Assembly: GCA_019058445.1 (NCBI GenBank)
Contig: JAHPZA010000009.1
Coordinates: 192,001 to 256,000 of the forward strand
Direction: 5' to 3'
Length of the DNA: 64,000 nucleotides
Origin: Promethearchaeota archaeon
GTDB taxonomy: Archaea > Asgardarchaeota > Lokiarchaeia > Sigyniarchaeales > SOKP01
Shown here: piece by piece, positions 51,049 through 60,299 of the stretch
How positions within the stretch are numbered: the first letter of the stretch is position 1
Layout of the letters: each line of letters begins with the position of its first letter
Notes under the pieces: generated by a model
What the model saw: only the letters and a program-made list of their open reading frames with translations
Databases searched by the model: none
Told to the model about the DNA's origin: nothing
Position numbers and translations under genes: made by a program

Positions 51049-52521
51049 GTGACTAAGACGTATTCTGAGATTAATGAAAAAATAAAAAATGGCAGTGTGG
51101 TGGTATTAACCGCCGAAGAAATGATAAATTTTGTAGATGAGCATGGAATTAAAGTTGCTGCCGAGGAAGTTGATGTGGTTACCACGGGAACTTTTGGTCC
51201 TATGTGTTCGAGTGGAGCGTTTTTAAATTTCGGGCATAGCGACCCCCCTATAAAGTTCGAACATTTAACATTAAACGATGTAAAGGCATATCATGGGAAT
51301 GCTGCTGTCGATTGCTATATTGGTTGTACCAGAATGGCAGATATAAAGCCATTTGAATATGGAGGAGGGCATGTAATTGAGGATCTCGTGTCTGGTAAAC
51401 CAATAAGGCTGAAAGGAACTTCTTATACGACGGATTGTTACCCCCTTGCTGAAGTTGATACCGAATTTACACTTGATGATCTTAATCAGGCAATTTTATG
51501 TAATCCTAGAAATGGGTATCAGCGATATGTATGTGCGGTAAATAGTTCCGATAAAACGATCTATACATATATGGGGAAATTATTGCCAAATTTTGGAAAT
51601 GCTCATTTTGCTGGATCTGGGTGTTTGAATCCTTTAACTAATGATCCTGATTATGAAACCATTGGATTGGGTACAAAAATATTTCTTGGAGGAGGGGTGG
51701 GATATGTAATTGGGGAAGGAACGCAACATAGCCCCTCCAATAGATTTGGTACTTTATTTGTTAAAGGAAATCTAAAGCAAATGAAGCCGGAATTTTTACG
51801 TGGAGCAACTTATGAAAAATATGGCACTTCAATGTTTGTTGGGCTTGGTATTCCCATACCCATTTTGAATGAAGGATTAGCTAAAAAAACGGCTATTAAA
51901 GACGAGGAAGTAATAACTGGTATTGTAGATTATGGTATACCCCGAAGGGATAGACCTACACTTAAAGAAATTACATATAAAGAATTAAAAAGTGGTTCAA
52001 TTGAGTTAAATGGGAAAAAAATAAAGTGTTCATCTTTAACATCGTTGTATCATGCACGAAAAATTGCTGAAACTCTTAAAAACTGGATCCTCAATGGAGA
52101 CTTTCTATTAAATCCTCCAGCTGAAACGCTGCCAACAGATACCGTATTTAAACCAATGAAGTTGACAGCTGAGTTGAAATTCGTAAAAGATTTAAAGAAA
52201 GATGCTGAAATTTGTTATGATGACTGTGATATTAAAGTAGTCGCTGAAATTATTATTAGAAAAAATGTTAATCACATTGTTATTACCGATCGAGACCGTA
52301 CTCTAAAAGGAATCGTCACGAGTTTTGATATTACAAGGGCTATTGCTGAAGATAAGGATCACTTGAGTGATATAATTACAAAGCGGGTCTTTACAACCAA
52401 GGATAATGAGCCTATAAGTAACGCCGCGAGAAAAATGAAAATAAATAATATTTCTGCCTTACCTGTCCTCGATGATGAGAGAAGGGTTATAGGTATAATA
52501 ACAAGCGAGGAGCTGATGTAA
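51049..52521 (+). CDS. Homocysteine biosynthesis protein (DUF39 + CBS; L-aspartate semialdehyde sulfurtransferase, MA1821/MJ0100-like)
   Basis: VDVVTTGTFGPMCSSGA, NFGHSDPPIK, YGGGHVIEDL; C-terminal CBS pair. Confidence 0.9.
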   Translation: MTKTYSEINEKIKNGSVVVLTAEEMINFVDEHGIKVAAEEVDVVTTGTFGPMCSSGAFLNFGHSDPPIKFEHLTLNDVKAYHGNAAVDCYIGCTRMADIKPFEYGGGHVIEDLVSGKPIRLKGTSYTTDCYPLAEVDTEFTLDDLNQAILCNPRNGYQRYVCAVNSSDKTIYTYMGKLLPNFGNAHFAGSGCLNPLTNDPDYETIGLGTKIFLGGGVGYVIGEGTQHSPSNRFGTLFVKGNLKQMKPEFLRGATYEKYGTSMFVGLGIPIPILNEGLAKKTAIKDEEVITGIVDYGIPRRDRPTLKEITYKELKSGSIELNGKKIKCSSLTSLYHARKIAETLKNWILNGDFLLNPPAETLPTDTVFKPMKLTAELKFVKDLKKDAEICYDDCDIKVVAEIIIRKNVNHIVITDRDRTLKGIVTSFDITRAIAEDKDHLSDIITKRVFTTKDNEPISNAARKMKINNISALPVLDDERRVIGIITSEELM

Positions 52522-52525
52522 AAAT

Positions 52526-52921
52526 TTGACTGTCATTAACGTTACCTTGCCATTTGGGCTAATAAAAAAAGTTGATGATTACTCAAAAATAATTAACGTT
52601 ATCTTAGAACAACAAATTTCTGTTAATATATTAAAATTTTCAACTGGTAGGAGTGGTATTAATCTACTTTTAGACATTCCTGAAGATAAAATAAACAGTA
52701 TCACTGAAGCATTGAAAAAGAATAAAGTTATTGTCAATAAAAAAGGAAGAGTAATTGTTGATATCGAAAAATGTATCGATTGTGGAGCATGCGTGTCCCT
52801 TTGTCCAACTGATGCCCTTCATCTGGACGAAAAAGGATTATTAGAATATTCCTTAGAACGTTGTCTTGGATGTGGGCTCTGTATTGATGCTTGTCCACGA
52901 GGCGCGATTGAAGAAACCTAA
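52526..52921 (+). CDS. NIL-domain 2x[4Fe-4S] ferredoxin (MA1822-like partner)
   Basis: CIDCGACVSLCP and CLGCGLCIDACP; immediately downstream of DUF39. Confidence 0.88.
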   Translation: MTVINVTLPFGLIKKVDDYSKIINVILEQQISVNILKFSTGRSGINLLLDIPEDKINSITEALKKNKVIVNKKGRVIVDIEKCIDCGACVSLCPTDALHLDEKGLLEYSLERCLGCGLCIDACPRGAIEET

Positions 52922-52957
52922 AAGTTCTTAATCTTTTTTTTCTCTTTTATTTTTGAA

Positions 52958-53971
52958 TCAATCTTGAGTTATTATCGAGTATATCTCATCTAATCGTGGG
53001 GTTTTCCTTCGTAGTGTAATACAACGTTCTTCTTCACATCCTCTTAGTATAGCGATTAATTCGTTAATATGGATTGTAGGAATGTCCAACTTTTCCTTAT
53101 AATATTTGTTAATCTTTTCTCTATATTCTGGTTTACTCAAGGTATATAAACAGGTTGGACATGGCATTAACATAAAATCAGCGTCGACATTTTCTGCGCT
53201 TTTTAATTTGTTGTAAGTAATCTTGAGAGCTTCTTTCGGATGAATAACAATTTGAGATGCCCCCCATCCACAACACGCTTCTTTTTCTTGATATTCTACG
53301 GGCTTCCCACCAAAAAGTAAGACAAGCTCATCTAATTTGGTTTTATCTCTTAGATACGCATCAGCTGTTTTCTTATCTCTTGAAAGATTTAGATAATGAC
53401 ATCCGTAATGAACTGCAACTTTTAACTTTTTTAAATCAAATTTTAGTGTATTTAATACATCATTTCTAATTAGATATAACAAATCTAAATCGTGGACTAA
53501 TTTTAATTTTGGATTATCCAAGATCTCGTATTTTCCCGGATAATTCTTTCCAGAAGATTTTGCTTTTAAGCGGCTTAAAATTTCTTGAGTCTTCCTTTTT
53601 ACATCAGGATTTTTCAAAAAATCTCTTCCTCTCAGGAGAGAATTATAACACCCATTACAACTGAATAAAACCACATCAGCTTGCTGGTTAAGCTCACTAA
53701 GATTTCTTTCATTAATGGCAGCAAACTGAGCTCTAGTGATTAAATTTCTCTGAAAAAAAGTACCGGAACAGCATGATTGATTTTCACAGACAGAAATATC
53801 CAAATTAAGTTCTTCTAATAAGTCATGAATCCCCCAGCGCACTCCCGGAAAATATTTTTCGAGACATGCTTTAAATAAGCATAACTTTTTATTCCTAAAA
53901 AAATCTAGAGGATTCTCAGGATATTTGCTTTCTATTTCATCTAAATCTAATGCTAAACTGTTAAATTCCAT
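52958..53971 (-). CDS. hdrB: Heterodisulfide reductase subunit B-like (CCG domains)
   Basis: QSCC, CNGC, VAVHYGCH, CCG, CPTC. Confidence 0.8.
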   Translation of the reverse strand: MEFNSLALDLDEIESKYPENPLDFFRNKKLCLFKACLEKYFPGVRWGIHDLLEELNLDISVCENQSCCSGTFFQRNLITRAQFAAINERNLSELNQQADVVLFSCNGCYNSLLRGRDFLKNPDVKRKTQEILSRLKAKSSGKNYPGKYEILDNPKLKLVHDLDLLYLIRNDVLNTLKFDLKKLKVAVHYGCHYLNLSRDKKTADAYLRDKTKLDELVLLFGGKPVEYQEKEACCGWGASQIVIHPKEALKITYNKLKSAENVDADFMLMPCPTCLYTLSKPEYREKINKYYKEKLDIPTIHINELIAILRGCEEERCITLRRKTPRLDEIYSIITQD

Positions 53972-53991
53972 TTTAACCTATAATTATAATT

Positions 53992-54519
53992 TTATTTACG
54001 CTTTTTTCTTTTATTTTTATTGGTCTTACTAGCTTTAAATACATATTTTATTCGAGCAAAATTACAAATTTCGTTTAATTCATCAATCATTTCTTGAGGA
54101 AGTTTATTTCCTAGTTGTTCCTCAACAACAACACCAGATGTTAGAAATCTTTCTGCCATTTCTACATATTTGGTAAGGTCATTATAGCGAGGACCATATC
54201 CTTTTTTAAATGATTCGTTTCTTAGATTTATGATTAATAATGGGATGTTTATTCCTTCTCTCGGACACACCCTTTTACATTTTTCACATAGGAAACAATA
54301 CCAAATATCGTCCTCTTTCAAAACGCTTTTGTCGCCCCGAAGGATTTTTTGTATGATTTTTCTTATGTTAAAATTAGAAATTTTAGAAGCTGGACACTCT
54401 CCCACACATTTACCGCAGGAAATACATTCGATTATATTTCTATTTTCTTCAACATCAGCAATAAGTTCAGCTAAGAAATCATCATTCCAATTATCATCAG
54501 ACTCTATATCATCTACCAT
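53992..54519 (-). CDS. hdrC: Heterodisulfide reductase subunit C-like
   Basis: CISCGKCVGECP and WYCFLCEKCKRVCP; upstream of hdrB. Confidence 0.8.
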   Translation of the reverse strand: MVDDIESDDNWNDDFLAELIADVEENRNIIECISCGKCVGECPASKISNFNIRKIIQKILRGDKSVLKEDDIWYCFLCEKCKRVCPREGINIPLLIINLRNESFKKGYGPRYNDLTKYVEMAERFLTSGVVVEEQLGNKLPQEMIDELNEICNFARIKYVFKASKTNKNKRKKRK

Positions 54520-54646
54520 ACTGAGCCAATTTTTTCATTTAATTTCTCTTCCTATATGATAACCATAATTCATTGTAAAAAAATTATTAGTTTTTAAATA
54601 TAACACAATTAATTAAATCTTTTAAAGAAAATAATCTTTAAAGCAA

Positions 54647-55738
54647 TTATATTATCTCATAATCTAATAAAGAAGATTTAGTTCCATATTGAGTCGTCAG
54701 TAATTTTATATGAGTAAGATATTCATTTAATGAAATTTCCTGACTTCGATATCGCTTATATACCCTTTGAATAATATAATAAGGCGTAAACTTAATAAAT
54801 CTAATATCTGAAAAGAGACTGACAGTACCTCTCGACTCATAAATAATATTTTTGGTTAATAACTCATTAAATAGATCCTCTTTATTACTTAAGATATCTA
54901 AGCAATTACTCACAGATACCACACTATTCTCTCTCAATTTCTGAATTAAATAATACACCTCTTTATTCATTAAAAAGCTAATGAGTGATTTATCTTCAAT
55001 TTCCGAGATATAATCATAATTCGCAAAGAACTTTATAATCTTATCACTATAATCACTCAATATTTCATCATCATTTTGATAAACTTTCGGAATATCTCGT
55101 GGGGGAATTCTAACACATGAGAGATCTTTTATTAGAAAATAACACTCCCTGCTTCCTGGTATACTTTTTTTTATAATTAAATTCTCACGAATGAATGAGA
55201 TTAGCAGTAAATCGATATTTATTGTTGAAAATCCAAAATCCTGTCTTAAAATAATATTTAACTTATCTTTAGAAATAGCACCATCTTGTAGGATATTTAA
55301 AATTGTAGATTTAATCTTGTCTCTGAAAAAATTCAACAGATTCGCTCCAGTTTCCAATTTTGTGTAATTTCTAATGGTATGAAAGGCTTCTGATATCGCC
55401 CTTGTTATCTTATTAGTATTTATTAGTTCAATCAAATTTCTACTAACAATTGCCAAAATATCAGGATAATCCATAACGATATTTTTGATTTTATCCTTTC
55501 GGTTATACACAATAATTATGAAGTATATCTCTCCCTCATATTTCTGAATAATAGAGATATACTGTTCTTCCTTGACCTCAGGAATGAATTCTATCATCGA
55601 AGATTCTTTATCTAACTCATGCAAAGCCCAAATTTTAAGGAACAAATCATTTGATGGGAATTTTTGCTCTGGTGGATATTGAAGTATAGGTTCTGGACCA
55701 GTGCTTTTATTCCAATGAACAATTATTATACGGTCCAT
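54647..55738 (-). CDS. Longin/uDENN-like + winged-helix protein
   Basis: N-terminal WNKSTGPEPILQYP; two wHTH-like C-terminal segments. Confidence 0.5.
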   Translation of the reverse strand: MDRIIIVHWNKSTGPEPILQYPPEQKFPSNDLFLKIWALHELDKESSMIEFIPEVKEEQYISIIQKYEGEIYFIIIVYNRKDKIKNIVMDYPDILAIVSRNLIELINTNKITRAISEAFHTIRNYTKLETGANLLNFFRDKIKSTILNILQDGAISKDKLNIILRQDFGFSTINIDLLLISFIRENLIIKKSIPGSRECYFLIKDLSCVRIPPRDIPKVYQNDDEILSDYSDKIIKFFANYDYISEIEDKSLISFLMNKEVYYLIQKLRENSVVSVSNCLDILSNKEDLFNELLTKNIIYESRGTVSLFSDIRFIKFTPYYIIQRVYKRYRSQEISLNEYLTHIKLLTTQYGTKSSLLDYEII

Positions 55739-55918
55739 ACATTAATTCGCTTAAAAAATTATTGATAACTCTTTATTCAATTAAACGATATATACTCTCT
55801 ATCCTATAATATAGAAGTAGTAAAATATATAATTTGATTTTTTAAGAGTTAAATAAATCTATTAAATTTTGAAATGTTGACTCCACTTTACTAAAATCTT
55901 AAATATTACAACTATTTT

Positions 55919-56098
55919 CTAGTTTTTATGCAATTGTTGTCTTGTAATAATCTTAGAGAGTTGCCAAATTGATTGCGTATTACTTGAATTTATGGCTTTT
56001 TTAATATCTTTGTAATACTGTTTTAAACTCATATTATTATTTTCAGTAAAATCAAAATCTTTTATAGCAGAATCTTTTTCATACACTAAAATTTTCAT
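55919..56098 (-). CDS. Small hypothetical protein (59 aa)
   Basis: Hand translation MKILVYEKDSAIKDF...SIWQLSKIITRQQLHKN; fills an intergenic gap co-directionally. Confidence 0.35.
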   Translation of the reverse strand: MKILVYEKDSAIKDFDFTENNNMSLKQYYKDIKKAINSSNTQSIWQLSKIITRQQLHKN

Positions 56099-56185
56099 GA
56101 GCTAAAAAAACACTCAAATACTAAAAAAAAAATGTAATACGACGATATTATAGATTTAAAAAAAAATAATCAGAGAGAAGTGTGT

Positions 56186-57031
56186 TTATTTGTTTACCTT
56201 TTTCTCCCAATATATGCCAAATAAATAATAGGCAACAAATATAACAACCAAGACACCTAAGATAATGAGCAAGATATTATTAAACAAGGCTGCTTGTGCT
56301 TCTACTTTTTCAAAAGGAATCTCTGATAGATTTATAGGTTCTCCAGGCTTATGTGAAATTAATGATGCGCCTAAAAACGCGAAAAAGAACGCCCGTGGAA
56401 TTGATCCAATAAAGGTTGCTATTGTGTATTTTTTTATTGGGTATCTCAATACTCCACTAATGTAGCTGATAGGATCAAATGCTACAAATGGTAAAAGTCG
56501 AGCAATTAGTATAGCTCCTGTCCCATATTTTTCTATGAATACATCCGCCATATTTAGCGCACTTTCACCTACAAATTTTTCCGCAAGCGGTCTTCCTCCT
56601 TTATATGCGATATAATAACATAATAAACCTGCTGCCATACTCCCAATAATGCCCATTATGCCCCCAATCCAAAATCCCCAAATCATACCAGATGCTAAAA
56701 GAACTAGCTCAGACGGTATTGGAACTAAGAGCCCTTGTATTGCCATTACACCTATAAAGAGAAATATCCCCCATATGCCCAATCTAATAATTGGATTTAC
56801 AAACCACTCAACAACGAGGATGTATAGAAAAGTGGGATCAACAAAATAGATATAATACAATAAGTATACGGAGACACCAAATAAGAATATAAAGATGATA
56901 ATATACAGTTTTGTTTTCATATCATAGTTAGAAAAATCAAAAAGATTCTTAATATAATCTTTTAACTTTACTGAAAACGACTTTTTTTCATTTTCTTTAG
57001 ATTTATTGCTCATTTCTTCCATTCTTATCAA
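56186..57031 (-). CDS. TVP38/TMEM64 (VTT/DedA) membrane protein
   Basis: PIPSELV, ARLLPFVAFDPISY, TFIGSIP. Confidence 0.9.
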   Translation of the reverse strand: MIRMEEMSNKSKENEKKSFSVKLKDYIKNLFDFSNYDMKTKLYIIIFIFLFGVSVYLLYYIYFVDPTFLYILVVEWFVNPIIRLGIWGIFLFIGVMAIQGLLVPIPSELVLLASGMIWGFWIGGIMGIIGSMAAGLLCYYIAYKGGRPLAEKFVGESALNMADVFIEKYGTGAILIARLLPFVAFDPISYISGVLRYPIKKYTIATFIGSIPRAFFFAFLGASLISHKPGEPINLSEIPFEKVEAQAALFNNILLIILGVLVVIFVAYYLFGIYWEKKVNK

Positions 57032-57125
57032 ATTCTAGTATAAAAATTAAGTAATATAGGAAATTTTTACAATAAAAAAAACATTTTTATTTATATAATT
57101 CACTCATTTTAGGAATTTCTTAAGA

Positions 57126-57860
57126 ATGAAAAAACCTTACATTTTTGCTCATCGTGGTGCCATGGGCTATTGCATAGAAAATACAATGGAGTCATTTCAA
57201 AAAGCTGTAGAGCTGAAAGTGGGTATTGAAACGGATATACAAATTACTAAGGACAATATACTCGTTTGTTTCCATGATCCTGCGTTCAGGATTGGTGATG
57301 GATGGCATAATATACGAAATTTAAATTTAGAGGAGCTTAAAGCTCTTAATTTTGAAGATGGAAGAGAAATACCCACATTAAATGAAGTACTTAATACTTT
57401 TAGTTATTGTCCTAAAAATTTTCGATATAGTATGGATATAATTGATAGAAAAACTGGTTTGGCTTTAATTAAACTGCTAAAAAAAAGACCCTTTTATAAA
57501 CAGGTTGAAATCACAGACACCCGTTTCTACATTCTCAAAAGATTGCGAAAAAATAGTGAGAATGTAAAACTCGTCCATACCATACCTTCTTATATTGCGA
57601 ATATTAGCGAGCACACCATTAATTTTGAAAAATTGACCCAGAGTAACATAAAAGCTCTAAATATTAAAGTCGATTACGCTACTAAAAAAAATTTCGGTAA
57701 TATTGTAAAGAATGGATTTAAATGTTATGTGTGGGACGTAAATTCAATAGATCATATGAAAAAAGTATTAAAACTCAGAAGTAATGAAGAATTTGTAAGA
57801 GCAATTTATACTAATTATCCTGATGTGCTTAAAAAGCTAAGAGACTCGATATTTACATAA
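57126..57860 (+). CDS. Glycerophosphodiester phosphodiesterase
   Basis: AHRGA..ENT, IETDIQ.TKD...CFHD, YTNYP. Confidence 0.9.
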   Translation: MKKPYIFAHRGAMGYCIENTMESFQKAVELKVGIETDIQITKDNILVCFHDPAFRIGDGWHNIRNLNLEELKALNFEDGREIPTLNEVLNTFSYCPKNFRYSMDIIDRKTGLALIKLLKKRPFYKQVEITDTRFYILKRLRKNSENVKLVHTIPSYIANISEHTINFEKLTQSNIKALNIKVDYATKKNFGNIVKNGFKCYVWDVNSIDHMKKVLKLRSNEEFVRAIYTNYPDVLKKLRDSIFT

Positions 57861-57942
57861 CAAACATTAAAAATTTCAGAAGAGAAAATTATAAAATTTA
57901 AAACTAAAAACATACTAATTATAAAATACTCAAAAAGAGATC

Positions 57943-58761
57943 GTGAAGAATATGAAATTAGAAGGACCTCTGAAATATTTATTATTATTAATCATAATAT
58001 GTTGGGTTATTTTAGCTATAATATTTGGACTGACCGATTTGGAAATATCTAAAGCTTTATTGAATAGAAAATCAATATGGGCAAATATTGGAAAATATTT
58101 TGGGGAAGGCCCAGGTTATGGTCTAATTGCGATATCTATTGGTATTCTAATTGGAAGTAGGGAAGAGGATCTGAAAAAGCAGAGAACCGCTTTATATATC
58201 ATACTAATCATAGGGATTGTTTTTCTTATTATGGCTATCACATTCGATAACTTATGGTTCATAACTTTTGGTGGAGGCATTAGTATTTTTGTTCTGATCT
58301 TTTTATTCCTTACTCGTGGCAAAGATCTGAAAGAATATAATACCATCGCTACATTTATAATCTGCCTTGCTATTATAAATCCCTTGTTATTTGTTCAAAT
58401 AACTAAGGTTATGTGCGGAAGGGTTCGATTTAATGATTTATCACCGGGATATTCAAATTATACTCCTTGGTACTTACCTCCAGGTCCTCTTAGTGGAATA
58501 CAGGGCAACGCCTCATTTCCTTCAGGTCATACCGCTATGGGCTGGATGTTCTTGCCTTTATTAATAGGAGTCCGGAATAGAAAATGGAAAAATCCAATTA
58601 AAATTTTAGTGATTATCTTAGTGATCGGATTTGGTTTATTTCTAGGAGTTTCAAGGATCGTTACAGGAGATCATTACGCTTCAGATGTATTATTTTCAAC
58701 CGGAGTCGCTGCGATCGCTACAATTTGGTTATATCAAAAATTTTATATTGAAAAAGCATAG
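57943..58761 (+). CDS. PAP2-family membrane phosphatase
   Basis: K...GRVRF, SFPSGH, SRIVTGDHYASD. Confidence 0.9.
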   Translation: MKNMKLEGPLKYLLLLIIICWVILAIIFGLTDLEISKALLNRKSIWANIGKYFGEGPGYGLIAISIGILIGSREEDLKKQRTALYIILIIGIVFLIMAITFDNLWFITFGGGISIFVLIFLFLTRGKDLKEYNTIATFIICLAIINPLLFVQITKVMCGRVRFNDLSPGYSNYTPWYLPPGPLSGIQGNASFPSGHTAMGWMFLPLLIGVRNRKWKNPIKILVIILVIGFGLFLGVSRIVTGDHYASDVLFSTGVAAIATIWLYQKFYIEKA

Positions 58762-58783
58762 AGAAAATAGGGATCTGATAAAA

Positions 58784-59431
58784 GTGAAAGAAATTATTAA
58801 AAATGTCTATCATGTCGGAGATTCTGGTTGTTCGGTCTTTTTAGTTAATACACAGAGTGATGATGGTTTAGTGTTAATTGATTGTGGAATGTCTTTGAGT
58901 TTAATAAAAAATATTAGCAGAGCGGGCCTAGATCCGAAGAATATAAAGAACTGTATTATTACGCATTTTCATATCGACCATATTGGAGCTTGTAGTGATC
59001 TTAAGAAATTTAATAAAAACGTTAAATTTTTTGCACACGAGTTAGATGCAACTGCTATTGAAGAGAAAGGTCATGATCATGAAACCGCTGCTCGATGGTA
59101 TGGTGTAAGTTACACTCCAGTTAAATTAGAAAAAAGACTAAAAGGAGATCTTGAAATTCTAAAATTTGGACAGTGTGAATTTAAATGTATCCATACTCCG
59201 GGGCATACTCCGGGATCTATTGTAGTAGTTATAGAAGTTAATAAAACTAAAGTTCTCTTTGGGCAAGATTTACATGGTCCAATTATCCCAGGAGTAAGCA
59301 ATTTTAACGATTACCAAGATTCTCTACGAAAAATTTTGGATTTAAAAGCGGACATTTTATGTGAAGGCCATTTCGGGATTTACCAGCCCGCTGAAAGAGT
59401 CGAACGGTATATTAAAGGATATATCGAATAA
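58784..59431 (+). CDS. MBL-fold metallo-hydrolase
   Basis: THFHIDH, TPGHTPG, CEGH; GTG start at 58784 avoids overlap with PAP2. Confidence 0.88.
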   Translation: MKEIIKNVYHVGDSGCSVFLVNTQSDDGLVLIDCGMSLSLIKNISRAGLDPKNIKNCIITHFHIDHIGACSDLKKFNKNVKFFAHELDATAIEEKGHDHETAARWYGVSYTPVKLEKRLKGDLEILKFGQCEFKCIHTPGHTPGSIVVVIEVNKTKVLFGQDLHGPIIPGVSNFNDYQDSLRKILDLKADILCEGHFGIYQPAERVERYIKGYIE

Positions 59432-59451
59432 AAACATATTTTCGAACAATA

Positions 59452-60240
59452 ATGTTATTGGAAAGCGTCTTTATTGTAAGGGGGGGATTTTGGGGCGAGG
59501 AGTATGAGTTTAAACTACTATTTGCCATAGTTGCAATAAGCATTACTATTTTTGATTGGAAGTGGAAAAATAGAAAGGATTATTTCTGGGTTTTTTTAAC
59601 GGGGGCCATTTTCTGGACTTTAGTTGAATTAATGCTTCATTTTACTGGTGTTAGGGACATGCCGAACAGATATCTTTTCGGGATGGAAATACCAATTTGG
59701 CTTTCAATACCTATGCAGGGCTTATCAGAAGGAGTTTCGGTAGGAATCATGGGCTTATTTATTACAGATTTATATTTAGATAAGGAGATGAGGAAGTACA
59801 GTCTAATTATTTTTATAATTGTTGTAAATGGATTGGCTTTAGTTATGTTTAGCCATGGAATTTATACTCCAAATGTTGGTGGAGAGGTTCCATCTCGAAG
59901 AGAAGTATTTCCTCTATGGTCCTTACTTATCCCAGTTTTAGTTTCCCCAGCAATTTATTGGTTTGCAAAAACTGATCATGAATCTAGGAAGAGAGGTTCA
60001 TATATGTTTATTACTATGTTTATCCTCGGTTGTATCTGGTATTTGTTTTATTGGTTATCTGGTCAACGTTGGGTTGAAATAGGAACTAAAAATCGGGATG
60101 GAAGCTATTCAAATTTACGGCGTGCTGATCCTATAATTGAACTTAGTGTTATTATTTACAATGCAGCAGTAGAAATCGCTTTAATCTATATGCCATTTTT
60201 AGCAATACCATATTTATGTGGATTAATTCAAGAAAAATAG
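59452..60240 (+). CDS. Hypothetical integral membrane protein
   Basis: About 7 TM segments. Confidence 0.75.
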   Translation: MLLESVFIVRGGFWGEEYEFKLLFAIVAISITIFDWKWKNRKDYFWVFLTGAIFWTLVELMLHFTGVRDMPNRYLFGMEIPIWLSIPMQGLSEGVSVGIMGLFITDLYLDKEMRKYSLIIFIIVVNGLALVMFSHGIYTPNVGGEVPSRREVFPLWSLLIPVLVSPAIYWFAKTDHESRKRGSYMFITMFILGCIWYLFYWLSGQRWVEIGTKNRDGSYSNLRRADPIIELSVIIYNAAVEIALIYMPFLAIPYLCGLIQEK

Positions 60241-60299
60241 GCATGATATATTAAGTTGTATAAATTGCCGAAAAGACATGGAAAATTAATCCGAGCAAA

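Noticed and set aside
58685-58783. N-terminal extension of the MBL ORF overlapping PAP2
   Set aside because: GTG at 58784 gives a normal MBL start without the overlap
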